64,000 nt of DNA. Origin: Betaproteobacteria bacterium TMED22. GTDB taxonomy: Bacteria > Pseudomonadota > Gammaproteobacteria > Burkholderiales > Eutrophovitaceae. A model generated the notes under the pieces. That model ran no database searches, was not told where the DNA came from, and was given only the letters and a program-made list of their open reading frames with translations. Position 1 is the stretch's first letter. Every line of letters starts with the position of its first letter. The DNA lies in the NCBI GenBank assembly GCA_002167745.1, contig NHCB01000016.1, forward strand, positions 6,623 through 70,622, given 5' to 3'. A program made the translations under genes and the position numbers. Shown piece after piece: positions 55,305 through 64,000 of this stretch.

Positions 55305-56162
55305 TCAAAGGGTGCGGGCGACCTCGTAAGGATCTATTAATCTTAGGCCCGCATCATGCCCTACTTTGTACACGATGTCTTCGTCGGATCGGATTAAGAG
55401 GTAGCCTTTTTCTGTTCTTTTTACTGATACGGTTACTTGGCGTCCATTTTCGAATGAGACCTCGATGTTGTCGTATTTAAAATCAGATGGTTGATTCGCG
55501 ATAGTTGTCTCTGTAGCGGCAGTATATGGCCAACCCATTGCCCAAATCTTTATTTTGGAAGATGGGATCCCCGGTAAGTTTTCAGTTTCAGATATCATTG
55601 ACCATAACCCATTGACCCCACGCTCTGCGCGCCAAGTCTTTGTTTTAAAAGCCACAGGAACTTCTTCGGCACCTAATAATTTCCTGTCAACGACCTTGAT
55701 AGGATCATAGGGCAAGTTATACCCATGATGTGTTTTCGTTAGGAAAATCCGATCATTCACCTGAACATACTGTTCATTGGTTACCTCATTGATATTGCCG
55801 AATTTAATCGTTTCTTGATCAAGAGTCACGGTATATTGTGATGGATTGAATCCATAGTTCCGAGAGGGTTTTTTAATCTCATTAATGATGGGCGCCTCTG
55901 CAAGATCAAGAACGAGTTTTATAACTTCAGAGTTTGCGCGCGCCCGAAATGGTTTTGTAATCGTCCAAGTGGTTGCATTTCTTGAAAAGTCCATCGAGAA
56001 ACTGTTATTTTTTACGATCGTAATGCGATCGATTTTGTTTTTATCTAAGCCGACGAGCTGCTCGGATTTAACGGACTCAGCGTCTTGATTCAAAAATAGA
56101 TAAGCGCCTAGTAATGCAAGAACGCCAATTAGTAGCAGATTAAGTAAAAGTCGAGATTTCAT
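55305..56162 (-). CDS. DUF4340-like membrane-anchored periplasmic protein
   Basis: N-terminal TM 'MKSRLLLNLLL', 'W.I..P..ARAN', 'YG..P', 'FG..N..T..QY'; ATGA overlap with the GldG-like gene. Confidence 0.72.
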   Translation of the reverse strand: MKSRLLLNLLLIGVLALLGAYLFLNQDAESVKSEQLVGLDKNKIDRITIVKNNSFSMDFSRNATTWTITKPFRARANSEVIKLVLDLAEAPIINEIKKPSRNYGFNPSQYTVTLDQETIKFGNINEVTNEQYVQVNDRIFLTKTHHGYNLPYDPIKVVDRKLLGAEEVPVAFKTKTWRAERGVNGLWSMISETENLPGIPSSKIKIWAMGWPYTAATETTIANQPSDFKYDNIEVSFENGRQVTVSVKRTEKGYLLIRSDEDIVYKVGHDAGLRLIDPYEVARTL

Positions 56163-57502
56163 GCCCTGCGTCGCAGCCACCAAATTAGTGTCCCGGCGCT
56201 TAATAAGCCAATTGGCCCTGCAAATAAGAATCCTGAAACAATTAAGGATATTGCTAACGGCGGCAAATTTAACGACATATCGATTCTGGATTTAGGTGCA
56301 ATCGATATCAACGCATCATCACCAGAGATCCAGTTGACAATATTGGTGATTAAATCAGAATTTCCCAGAGAAGCTAGGAACTCATTTGAAAATGCTTTTC
56401 CAGAGCCAACAATGACCACTCTTTGGCGTTTATCATCAATATTTCGCTCCATTGCGGCCGCTATTGTGATCGGCCCTTTGATATCTTCACCTTCTTCATA
56501 GGTGGCATTTTTGAGGCCGTGTGTTTCAATCCAACCTTGGGGCGCAACGGTGATTAATGGCGTAAAGCTATATCCAGTATTGTTTGACTCGTAGATTCCT
56601 CGTGCGTAAGGGAAAACTGTATTAACAGTCATTAGCTCTGTCACGGGGTGATCAGCGTATTGCTGCGCAAGCGAAAACGCTATCGAGCCATTCTGTGATC
56701 GAGCGCTGGGATCAATTACAACGCCGCCTGGTAATACGATGCCGAGAGTGTTAGCTATTGCATCTAACCCCGCGGTAGTTTCTTCGTCAATCATCCATAG
56801 CAAGTTACCACCGCCTTGAAGATATCTCTTTATTCGATTTACCTCTCCGGGGAGCAATGTAACTGTCGGCGCGCCGATTACTAACACGGATTCATCAGGA
56901 CTCAGGTCCTGCCCGGAAGCAAAATTTAAAATATCCAACTGAAAGCCGCGTGCAGAGAGTTTTTCCCCAAGATCACTCAGATCCTTACTCCCTTGTCTGG
57001 AGAAGTCGCCCTCGCCGTGACCGATTAGGGCAGTGATGACTTGTTGCTCCGTTCTCATTAGACGAATGAGTAGATTAGTTAGGTCTTGCTCGTTAAGCGT
57101 TTTTAGTTTTTCCGTGCGACCGTCTAGTTCAACAACTAATTCCCCGTTGACGGTGACTCCCGCTTTTTTTGCGGCAAATGGATCCTCTCTAGGATTAACA
57201 AACGTAAATTGAAGGTTATTTTTTTCAAGCTGATAGGGTGTGAGAAAATTAACGATAGGCTGCCGTAAATCACCTTCAGCATCAGTGGTAACAAACGCGG
57301 TGATACTAATTGGCGCATCGATTTTCTTGAGTATTTCAACGGTCGCTGGAGAGAGCGTGTTTCGTTGGCTGTGCGTTAGGTCCCAACGAATATTAGACTC
57401 TTCTGCCAGGAAGATCACTGCCGTTGCTATGCCCAGCAAAAGGCCTACAAACAAGCCGTTTTGAATAAGGAGCTGGAATCTAAATTTAGCGTTAATTTTC
57501 AT
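56159..57502 (-). CDS. GldG-family (GIFT domain) ABC accessory protein
   Basis: 'WDLT....TLS..T', 'GHGE', 'YLQGGG.LL', 'GN.DL..N.VNW'; TM helix at each end. Confidence 0.85.
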   Translation of the reverse strand: MKINAKFRFQLLIQNGLFVGLLLGIATAVIFLAEESNIRWDLTHSQRNTLSPATVEILKKIDAPISITAFVTTDAEGDLRQPIVNFLTPYQLEKNNLQFTFVNPREDPFAAKKAGVTVNGELVVELDGRTEKLKTLNEQDLTNLLIRLMRTEQQVITALIGHGEGDFSRQGSKDLSDLGEKLSARGFQLDILNFASGQDLSPDESVLVIGAPTVTLLPGEVNRIKRYLQGGGNLLWMIDEETTAGLDAIANTLGIVLPGGVVIDPSARSQNGSIAFSLAQQYADHPVTELMTVNTVFPYARGIYESNNTGYSFTPLITVAPQGWIETHGLKNATYEEGEDIKGPITIAAAMERNIDDKRQRVVIVGSGKAFSNEFLASLGNSDLITNIVNWISGDDALISIAPKSRIDMSLNLPPLAISLIVSGFLFAGPIGLLSAGTLIWWLRRRA

Positions 57503-58242
57503 GCGCTCAGACGTTCCGAATCAAGTTTGCGAATTGATAAAAAGATAAAGAGGGTAATCACAGCCAAGAAAAAAGTGACGTCAGGTAGTGAGACATAACC
57601 GTCTAAGAATCCTTCAAACCGCTTCGAAATTGATACCCAATTAAGCCAGCTACCAGGATCTGATGCTGCGAGTCCAATCACCCAAAAGCCCATGAAAACA
57701 GCTAAAGTCATAACAGCTGCTACAACTGGATGCATGGTTAAGCATGAAATGAAAATCCCAATTGATGAGAAAGACATCCCCAATAGTAGAAGACCCAACA
57801 GATTAGCAGCGATTAGACCCATATCAATTGCACCACCCGCGAGTAATGAAAATGACATGGTTGCTATTAATGACAGGATTAAGCAAAGAAATGCCACCAT
57901 GGCAGCAAATTTACCGATAATGATCTGCGTCATTGATATGGGAGCAGATACAAGTAGAGTCATAGTTTGGTTACGCTTCTCTTCAGAGATCAATCTCATC
58001 GTTAGTAGCGGAATCGACATCAGTAGAACCATTTGAGCGGCCCCAAACATCGGAACAATAGCCAGTTCTGTTAGCCCAGGCGCATTAGGCGTTCTTGCCA
58101 GTTGAGCTTGAATGATCATGAATGTGTCGACTTGCTTTAGAAAGACGTTGGCAAGAAAACCTTGTACAAAGGCTAAGACTACCCAGGCGAGTGGAGACGC
58201 AAACATTGATCGGAGTTCTTTTAGTGCAATAACAATAATCAT
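57499..58242 (-). CDS. GldF-like ABC-2 permease
   Basis: 'KELRSMF.SPLAW', 'TMRLISEEKR..T..LL', 'GKF'. Confidence 0.88.
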   Translation of the reverse strand: MIIVIALKELRSMFASPLAWVVLAFVQGFLANVFLKQVDTFMIIQAQLARTPNAPGLTELAIVPMFGAAQMVLLMSIPLLTMRLISEEKRNQTMTLLVSAPISMTQIIIGKFAAMVAFLCLILSLIATMSFSLLAGGAIDMGLIAANLLGLLLLGMSFSSIGIFISCLTMHPVVAAVMTLAVFMGFWVIGLAASDPGSWLNWVSISKRFEGFLDGYVSLPDVTFFLAVITLFIFLSIRKLDSERLSA

Positions 58243-58283
58243 TTTGTGTTTTTTAAAAACTTATAAGGTTAAGAGCCATTGGT

Positions 58284-59234
58284 TCACGTAGAGGTATCAT
58301 CTTGTGTAGTAAGTTCAACGAATACCTCTTCGACGCTTGCTTGAGCGCCGACAAGTTCAAATAACCCCCATTGCTCTTGAACACTATGTCGAACAATAGC
58401 ATCTGTCGGATCGTCCTGTAATTCAATTCCTGAAATACGATAAACGCCTTCTCGTACTGTCGAAATTTTTGCATTAGTTAATTTGTTCTCGAGTGTCTCC
58501 TTAGTCGGTGGAGCGCGGAAAGAAACTTGAATGGATTTCCCAGATCTAAATTTTCTCAGCCCACTAATCTCATCATCAAAGACAACCTTACCCTTGTGTA
58601 GTATCTGAACGCTATCGCAAATTGCCTCAACTTCAGGAAGGATATGGGTGGACAGGATGACGCTGTGGTGTTCTCCCAATTCTTTAATCAGCGATCTAAT
58701 TTCTATTATTTGGTTGGGGTCCAATCCGACCGTCGGTTCGTCTAAAATGACTACTTCAGGCTCATGAATAATCGCCTGCGCGATGCCGACCCGCTGCTGA
58801 AACCCCTTTGAGAGAGAACCAATGAGGCGTTGACTCATTTCTGTTAAACCTGTTCTTTCCTTAGCGTTTTCCATGGCTGACGAAACCCGTTTGGAATTAA
58901 CTTTATGTAGTTTTGCCGCCAACTTTAAATACTCGTTAACTCTGAGTTCTTTGTAAACAGGGGGAATTTCAGGTAAATATCCGATTTTTGTTTTCGCGGT
59001 AATTGGGTCGTCGATCAAATCTATACCGCACACTGTTATAGAACCTTCGGTGGGTGCTAGATTACCCGTAATCATCTTCATCGTTGTTGATTTCCCTGCA
59101 CCGTTAGGCCCTAATAGTCCGATAATTTCCCCTTTTTTTAATGCTAGCGATACGTCACTGACGGCAACATTGTTGCCGTATTTCCTTGTCAGTCCAGCGG
59201 CTGACAAAGTTAGGAAGTTATCTTGATCGGTCAT
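58284..59234 (-). CDS. GldA-like ABC ATP-binding protein
   Basis: 'GPNGAGKST', 'GYLPE', 'LSKGFQQRVG', 'DEPTVGLDP', 'STHIL'. Confidence 0.9.
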   Translation of the reverse strand: MTDQDNFLTLSAAGLTRKYGNNVAVSDVSLALKKGEIIGLLGPNGAGKSTTMKMITGNLAPTEGSITVCGIDLIDDPITAKTKIGYLPEIPPVYKELRVNEYLKLAAKLHKVNSKRVSSAMENAKERTGLTEMSQRLIGSLSKGFQQRVGIAQAIIHEPEVVILDEPTVGLDPNQIIEIRSLIKELGEHHSVILSTHILPEVEAICDSVQILHKGKVVFDDEISGLRKFRSGKSIQVSFRAPPTKETLENKLTNAKISTVREGVYRISGIELQDDPTDAIVRHSVQEQWGLFELVGAQASVEEVFVELTTQDDTST

Positions 59235-59455
59235 AATTTTTAATTTGACGTTTGGTGTTAGCGGACATTGCTGAGTGGATTCGTTATGATGATTTTATTA
59301 GGGGCGGTTACAAATGTTGTCGGAATAAGTGAGGTAATATACCAAAGTTAGTTCTTCTTTGAAGGATGCAGGCATTATTGAATTACAGATAATGTGAATT
59401 TTTTGCATTAATTTCGATCACAGAGGGATTAAACGATCCTTCTTGTGAGCGAATT

Positions 59456-61243
59456 ATGAAAATACTTATATCGCTGTTCATCAGCTTTTTTGCCTACATT
59501 AACCCCACATCGACTAACGCCGCGTTCGATGGGTCGGGTTATTGCGTCGGATGTGCAATGCCTTCTCGTGGGGATATCAAATTGGCTCAAGCCTCCCAAA
59601 GTGATAAGGAATTTAATCCGTCGCAAAACGATCGGCGAATGGATTTAGACGTTAGGGCGTTCCGTTCTGAATTGATGTACAAATTCTTAATAGCAGAGTT
59701 TGCAAAACATAATAAGCTTTATGATCTCGCTGCGGAAACCCTCGTTGACATACTCAGAAGTGAAGAGAGATCAGACATCGCGGAGATGGCTGCCGATGCT
59801 GCTAACGTTGCGCGCCGGTTAGATCTCGCGCTAGAAGCCGCGAAGGTTTGGTTTCGGTTAGACCCTGACTCAATCAAGGCGCGTTTTGTTTACTTGACCG
59901 TCATTTTAAGTAATAACGAATTCTTGATTGCAAAGCCGTTGGTAGAGGACTTTTTGAGTAATAACGAGAGTGAGCTCGATAAAAAATTACAATACGTTTC
60001 CGAATTGGTGGCTAGAGCTCAGGATCGTGATGGCGGGTATCGTTTTTTAGCGGAGGTGACCCGAGAGATTCCAAATTCTTATTCAAAAGCATTGTTGCTT
60101 GGTCAATCAGCGTGGAGAGCGGGACGTGCCCTGGAGGCTAGAGTTCATGCCGATGAGGCGCTGGATTATCAGCCAAGGTCTGAAGATGCGGCATTACTCA
60201 AAGCTTCTGCGTTGCGTCAAATTGATGGTGAACGATCGATTGAATTCTTGGCCGAATTTTTAACGTCTCATCCCAATGCAAACAGTGTCCGAACAAGTGT
60301 TATCGGGGATTTGATCAGAGAGGAGCGATACAGTGACGCAATTCCTCACTTACAGCATTTATCGAGAGAAGATGCAAGCAACGCCAATATCCGTTTTACA
60401 TTGGCCTTGGTGTTATTTGAAGTAGGCGAATTTGAGGAATCTAAGGCCAGAGTTCATCGAGCCCTTTCGTTGGGTTATGAGGATCGATCCTCTGCTTATT
60501 TCCAATTGGGTCTCATTGATGAAAAATTAGACGCGCTCTCAGCTGCAGCCAATTGGTTTTCGAGTGTGCCAAAAGGCTCTCGTTTCATTGAGGCTCAAAC
60601 ACATCTTGCTAAAATTAAATTAGCGACAGAAGGTCTCGAGCCGACGATAGCGTATCTGAATCAACGGGCTAATGAGACGCCAGAATATCATGTGGTTTTT
60701 GTGGAGCTTCAAGGCATGATGTACAGAGAAGCTGGGAGGCTTGATGATTATTTTGCTGTACTTGACGAAGGGTTAGAAGTAGCTCCGGATGAGCCCAGCC
60801 TCCTCTACAGCTCAGCTATGGCGGCTGAACAGCTCGGCCGTTTAGATATACTAGAGATAAGGTTGAGGCGCTTAATTGAGCTGCAACCCGACAACGCTCA
60901 AGCTTATAATGCGTTGGGGTATACACTAGCAGATAAAACGGATCGATTTGACGAAGCTAAGACTTTGCTGGTTCGCGCGCTAGAACTGTCGCCAGATGAC
61001 CCTGTTTTCATTGACAGCATGGGTTGGATTGAGTTTAAACTGAAAGATTACGACAAAAGCATTACGCTGCTACAAAGAGCATATGATCTCGAGCGACACC
61101 CTGAGATAGCGGCGCATCTGGGTGAGGCACTTTGGGCTCGGGGTCGTGAAGTCGAGGCGAAATCGGTCTGGACGAGCGCGCTCGACCAGTTCCCAGACAA
61201 CGACGTTTTGCTTGAAACTTTGGAACGGCATGGGATGGATTAA
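59456..61243 (+). CDS. Periplasmic TPR repeat protein upstream of lolB
   Basis: Signal peptide; 'AYNALGYTLAD', 'DSMGW', 'EIAAHLGE.LW'. Confidence 0.9.
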   Translation: MKILISLFISFFAYINPTSTNAAFDGSGYCVGCAMPSRGDIKLAQASQSDKEFNPSQNDRRMDLDVRAFRSELMYKFLIAEFAKHNKLYDLAAETLVDILRSEERSDIAEMAADAANVARRLDLALEAAKVWFRLDPDSIKARFVYLTVILSNNEFLIAKPLVEDFLSNNESELDKKLQYVSELVARAQDRDGGYRFLAEVTREIPNSYSKALLLGQSAWRAGRALEARVHADEALDYQPRSEDAALLKASALRQIDGERSIEFLAEFLTSHPNANSVRTSVIGDLIREERYSDAIPHLQHLSREDASNANIRFTLALVLFEVGEFEESKARVHRALSLGYEDRSSAYFQLGLIDEKLDALSAAANWFSSVPKGSRFIEAQTHLAKIKLATEGLEPTIAYLNQRANETPEYHVVFVELQGMMYREAGRLDDYFAVLDEGLEVAPDEPSLLYSSAMAAEQLGRLDILEIRLRRLIELQPDNAQAYNALGYTLADKTDRFDEAKTLLVRALELSPDDPVFIDSMGWIEFKLKDYDKSITLLQRAYDLERHPEIAAHLGEALWARGREVEAKSVWTSALDQFPDNDVLLETLERHGMD

Positions 61244-61808
61244 GACTTGGGGGTTTTATCTTTCTTTTTGTGTCCTTTTGACCGGCTGCTCGGTATTTCA
61301 GGAGGTTAGATCAGTAACAAAACTCGGTTCCTACGGAGATTTCGAATTATCTGGACGCGTAGCCGTCCGGGTGGATGGTGAGGGTAGCTCTGCTCGAATT
61401 AAGTGGAGTCATCGGGGTGATGTTGATGCTGTGGATATCTATACTCCTGTCGGATCGATTATTGCCGTGATATTGGTATCACCGCGGACAGGAGCAGTTT
61501 TAGAGACTAAAGATCAGGTGTATGAGGCACCCTCTGTGGAAGCACTGACTGAGCGTGTGTTGGGTTGGCGCTTACCTTTAGATAGTTTGAAGTACTGGGC
61601 TCGAGGGCAGGTTAACCCTCAGGTTGCGATAGAAAAAATGTCATCGAAAGATACACGGCAGCGTTTAACGTATCTCGAGCAAGAGGGATGGAAAGTTACT
61701 TTTGAGCGCTATCATGAAGAGTCGATGCGTCCTCGTGTCATTCGTCTCGAGTTTCAAGATCTCAAAATACGTTTCGTTTTAGACGAGTGGGTAGGGCTGC
61801 ATTCGTGA
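61230..61808 (+). CDS. lolB: Outer-membrane lipoprotein LolB
   Basis: Lipobox 'LLTGC', 'SGRVAV', 'TPVG', 'LGWRLP', 'QEGW.V'. Confidence 0.87.
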   Translation: MGWIKTWGFYLSFCVLLTGCSVFQEVRSVTKLGSYGDFELSGRVAVRVDGEGSSARIKWSHRGDVDAVDIYTPVGSIIAVILVSPRTGAVLETKDQVYEAPSVEALTERVLGWRLPLDSLKYWARGQVNPQVAIEKMSSKDTRQRLTYLEQEGWKVTFERYHEESMRPRVIRLEFQDLKIRFVLDEWVGLHS

Positions 61809-62653
61809 CGATTCGAGACGATTTCGATTATTTTCCAGCGCCATCCAAAGTTAATTTGTTTCTGCGGATAACTGGGCGGCGCGAGGATGGCTACCATTCT
61901 TTGCAGACAGTTTTTCGTATGCTGGATTTTACCGATTTAGTTGGAATTCGACTGGTCCCCGAGAATGTAATTAGGCGTGTATCTCAGCATCCATGGACCG
62001 ATACAGAGGATCTTGCGGTTCGTGCAGCTCGATTGCTGGCTAAACATGGTTCCGTTAAGCAGGGTGTTGAGTTACATATTGCCAAACGCATTCCCTTTGG
62101 AGGTGGCTTGGGAGGGGGTAGCTCCGATGCAGCAACGGTCCTCGTTGTGCTGAATAAATTGTGGGGCTTAAATTTAAAAAGAGGTGAGCTGCAAAATTTG
62201 GCCGTTTCTCTGGGTGCGGATGTTCCTTTTTTTGTATACGGTCAGAGTGCTTTCGCTGAAGGGATTGGTGAGCAAATCGTGCCCCTGAAGCTTCCTGATG
62301 GGTGGTATTTGGTGGTCCATCCCAATTGCTTTGTTTCTACTCAAACTGTGTTTGATGATCCAGAATTGACACGAAATTCCAAACCTATCAAAATAGCGGA
62401 CTTTTCCTTGCACGAGGGTCAGAATGACCTTCAAGAGGCAGTATGCCGGTTATATCCAGAGGTGTTGTCGGCATTAGAGTGGTTGGGGCAGTTCGGGACT
62501 GCCGCCATGAGCGGTTCTGGGTCTAGCGTGTTTTGCTCATTTACGACGTTAGAACGAGCAAAGGCCGCACAGGCACAAATTCCGCCGAGGTGGTTTGGAT
62601 TTGTGGCTCGAGGAATGGATCGTCATCCGTTGGTTGATTGGACAGATGATTAG
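61805..62653 (+). CDS. ispE: 4-diphosphocytidyl-2-C-methyl-D-erythritol kinase
   Basis: 'APSKVNLFL', 'DGYH.LQT', 'PFGGGLGGGSSDAA', 'GADVPFF', 'MSGSGS'. Confidence 0.97.
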   Translation: MTIRDDFDYFPAPSKVNLFLRITGRREDGYHSLQTVFRMLDFTDLVGIRLVPENVIRRVSQHPWTDTEDLAVRAARLLAKHGSVKQGVELHIAKRIPFGGGLGGGSSDAATVLVVLNKLWGLNLKRGELQNLAVSLGADVPFFVYGQSAFAEGIGEQIVPLKLPDGWYLVVHPNCFVSTQTVFDDPELTRNSKPIKIADFSLHEGQNDLQEAVCRLYPEVLSALEWLGQFGTAAMSGSGSSVFCSFTTLERAKAAQAQIPPRWFGFVARGMDRHPLVDWTDD

Positions 62654-62666
62654 GCAGACAAGTTTT

Positions 62667-62743
62667 TGGGGAGTAGCCAAGTTGGTTAAGGCACCGGATT
62701 TTGATTCCGGCATGCGAAGGTTCGAATCCTTCCTCCCCAGCCA
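62667..62743 (+). tRNA. tRNA-Gln(TTG)
   Basis: TGGGGAG/CTCCCCA acceptor stem, CCGGA-TTTTGAT-TCCGG anticodon arm, GGTTCGAATCC, encoded CCA. Confidence 0.97.
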
Positions 62744-62868
62744 GATTTTTTACTGAAGTCACTATTGATTATTAAAGAAGCTTAGCTTCAACCCAATGAA
62801 TATAGCTTAGTCCTGAGGATGATTGTGAGGCGAGTTATAAAAATTTTTTTCTGGAGATCTGCGAGAGT

Positions 62869-63819
62869 ATGACCTACGAAAGTTTGATGGTATTTACGGG
62901 AAATGCAAATCCGGCCCTAGCCACCGAAGTAGCTAAACACTTAAATATAGGGCTGGGCCGGGCAACCGTTGGTAGATTTAGCGACGGCGAAGTTATGGTC
63001 GAGCTATTGGAAAACGTTCGAGGGAGAGATATTTTCGTTCTTCAGTCTGCGTGTGCTCCCACGAATGAGAGCTTGATGGAGATATTGCTTATAGTTGATG
63101 CGCTGAAAAGATCCTCGGCTGGACGCATTACTGCTGCGATACCCTATCTGGGGTACGCGCGGCAAGATCGAAGACCACGTTCTGCGAGAGTGGCGATCAG
63201 CGCCAAAGTTGTTGCTAATTGTCTGCAGGCTGCCGGTGTAGATCGCTTGCTGACTATGGACTTACATGCCGATCAAATTCAAGGATTCTTTGATATCCCG
63301 GTTGATAATGTTTACGCGGCACCTGTTCTTTTAGGAGATATATGGAAGTGCGGCTATAAGGACCTAATTGTTGTATCACCGGATGTGGGTGGTGTGGTTC
63401 GTGCGAGGGCCCTAGCCAAGAGGCTTGAGTCAGATTTGGCAATTATTGATAAACGACGGCCGAAACCCAATGTCTCTACGGTTATGAATATTATCGGTGA
63501 GGTTGATGGTAGAACATGTGTTCTCATGGATGATATGGTGGATACGGCGAATACACTCTGCGAGGCAGGAGCTGCCCTCAAAAGAAATGGCGCAAAGAAG
63601 GTTTTAGCTTACTGTACTCATCCGGTGCTTTCTGGGAAGGCGATTGAGAGAATTGCGAGCTCAGAGATTGACGAGTTGGTTGTGACGGATACTATCCCCC
63701 TTTCAGATGATGCGCAGGGATGCGATAAGATACGCCAATTATCGATTGCTAATCTTTTTGCAGAGACAATTCGTCGAATTAGTAATGAAGATTCTGTGTC
63801 GTCGTTGTTCATAGATTAA
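62869..63819 (+). CDS. prs: Ribose-phosphate pyrophosphokinase
   Basis: 'FSDGE', 'YARQDR', '[11 protein letters not shown]', 'SPDVGG', 'DDMVDT'. Confidence 0.98.
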   Translation: MTYESLMVFTGNANPALATEVAKHLNIGLGRATVGRFSDGEVMVELLENVRGRDIFVLQSACAPTNESLMEILLIVDALKRSSAGRITAAIPYLGYARQDRRPRSARVAISAKVVANCLQAAGVDRLLTMDLHADQIQGFFDIPVDNVYAAPVLLGDIWKCGYKDLIVVSPDVGGVVRARALAKRLESDLAIIDKRRPKPNVSTVMNIIGEVDGRTCVLMDDMVDTANTLCEAGAALKRNGAKKVLAYCTHPVLSGKAIERIASSEIDELVVTDTIPLSDDAQGCDKIRQLSIANLFAETIRRISNEDSVSSLFID

Positions 63820-63861
63820 AAAAACAATATTGCTTGCTGGGTTAAACTAGCGTTTTTGTAC

Positions 63862-63891
63862 GGGAATCGAATTGGTCGCGAGGACATTCCC
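63862..63891 (+). promoter_or_regulatory. Probable rplY (L25) leader hairpin
   Basis: GGGAAT...ATTCCC stem enclosing TTGGTCGCGA, a GGTCGC motif I recall upstream of proteobacterial rplY. Confidence 0.5.
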
Positions 63892-63911
63892 TTTTAAATT
63901 GGAGAAGTAAA

Positions 63912-64000
63912 ATGTCAGATATGAAAATTAATGCTGAAGTTCGATCTGCGCAGGGAACGGGTGCGAGCCGCCGTCTCCGCAGAGCGGGTAAAGTACCAGG
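63912..64000 (+). CDS. rplY: 50S ribosomal protein L25 (3'-partial)
   Basis: MSDMKINAEVRSAQGTGASRRLRRAGKVP after GGAGA; follows prs. Confidence 0.93.
   Translation, partial: MSDMKINAEVRSAQGTGASRRLRRAGKVP

Noticed and set aside
62667-62868. tRNA-Gln as an integration site
   Set aside because: The ispE-tRNA-prs order is uninterrupted; no integrase or duplicated tRNA 3' end was seen

Overview
A 64-kb core-chromosome segment from a fairly AT-rich, compact betaproteobacterium. The gene order (lptFG-RDD, ruvX-pyrR-pyrB, argB-nucleotidase-slmA, coxBA cluster, ftsYEX-rpoH, TPR-lolB-ispE-tRNA-Gln-prs-rplY) looks Nitrosomonadales/Burkholderiales-like; this taxonomy is an inference. I found no mobile elements, CRISPR arrays or rRNA. 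The window is nearly all housekeeping genes, with clear regulatory sites: a sigma-54 promoter and two NtrC boxes at glnA, and a CIRCE element at rpoH. The recurring signal is gene erosion: a frameshifted, truncated yqgE/algH pseudogene, an intact DacA/PBP5 ORF that has lost two of its three catalytic motifs, and a degenerate BioC. Several usual neighbours are also absent from their usual positions: pyrC, ctaA/cox15, comF, bioF/H/D and the thiC TPP riboswitch. The best candidates for uncharacterised systems are a GldA/F/G+DUF4340 ABC operon, an LPS-core block with a GT17 (MGAT3-like) enzyme and an orphan protein, and an A1-type oxidase cluster lacking heme A synthase. Family calls come from motif recognition by eye, not database searches. 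'Absent' means absent from this window only.
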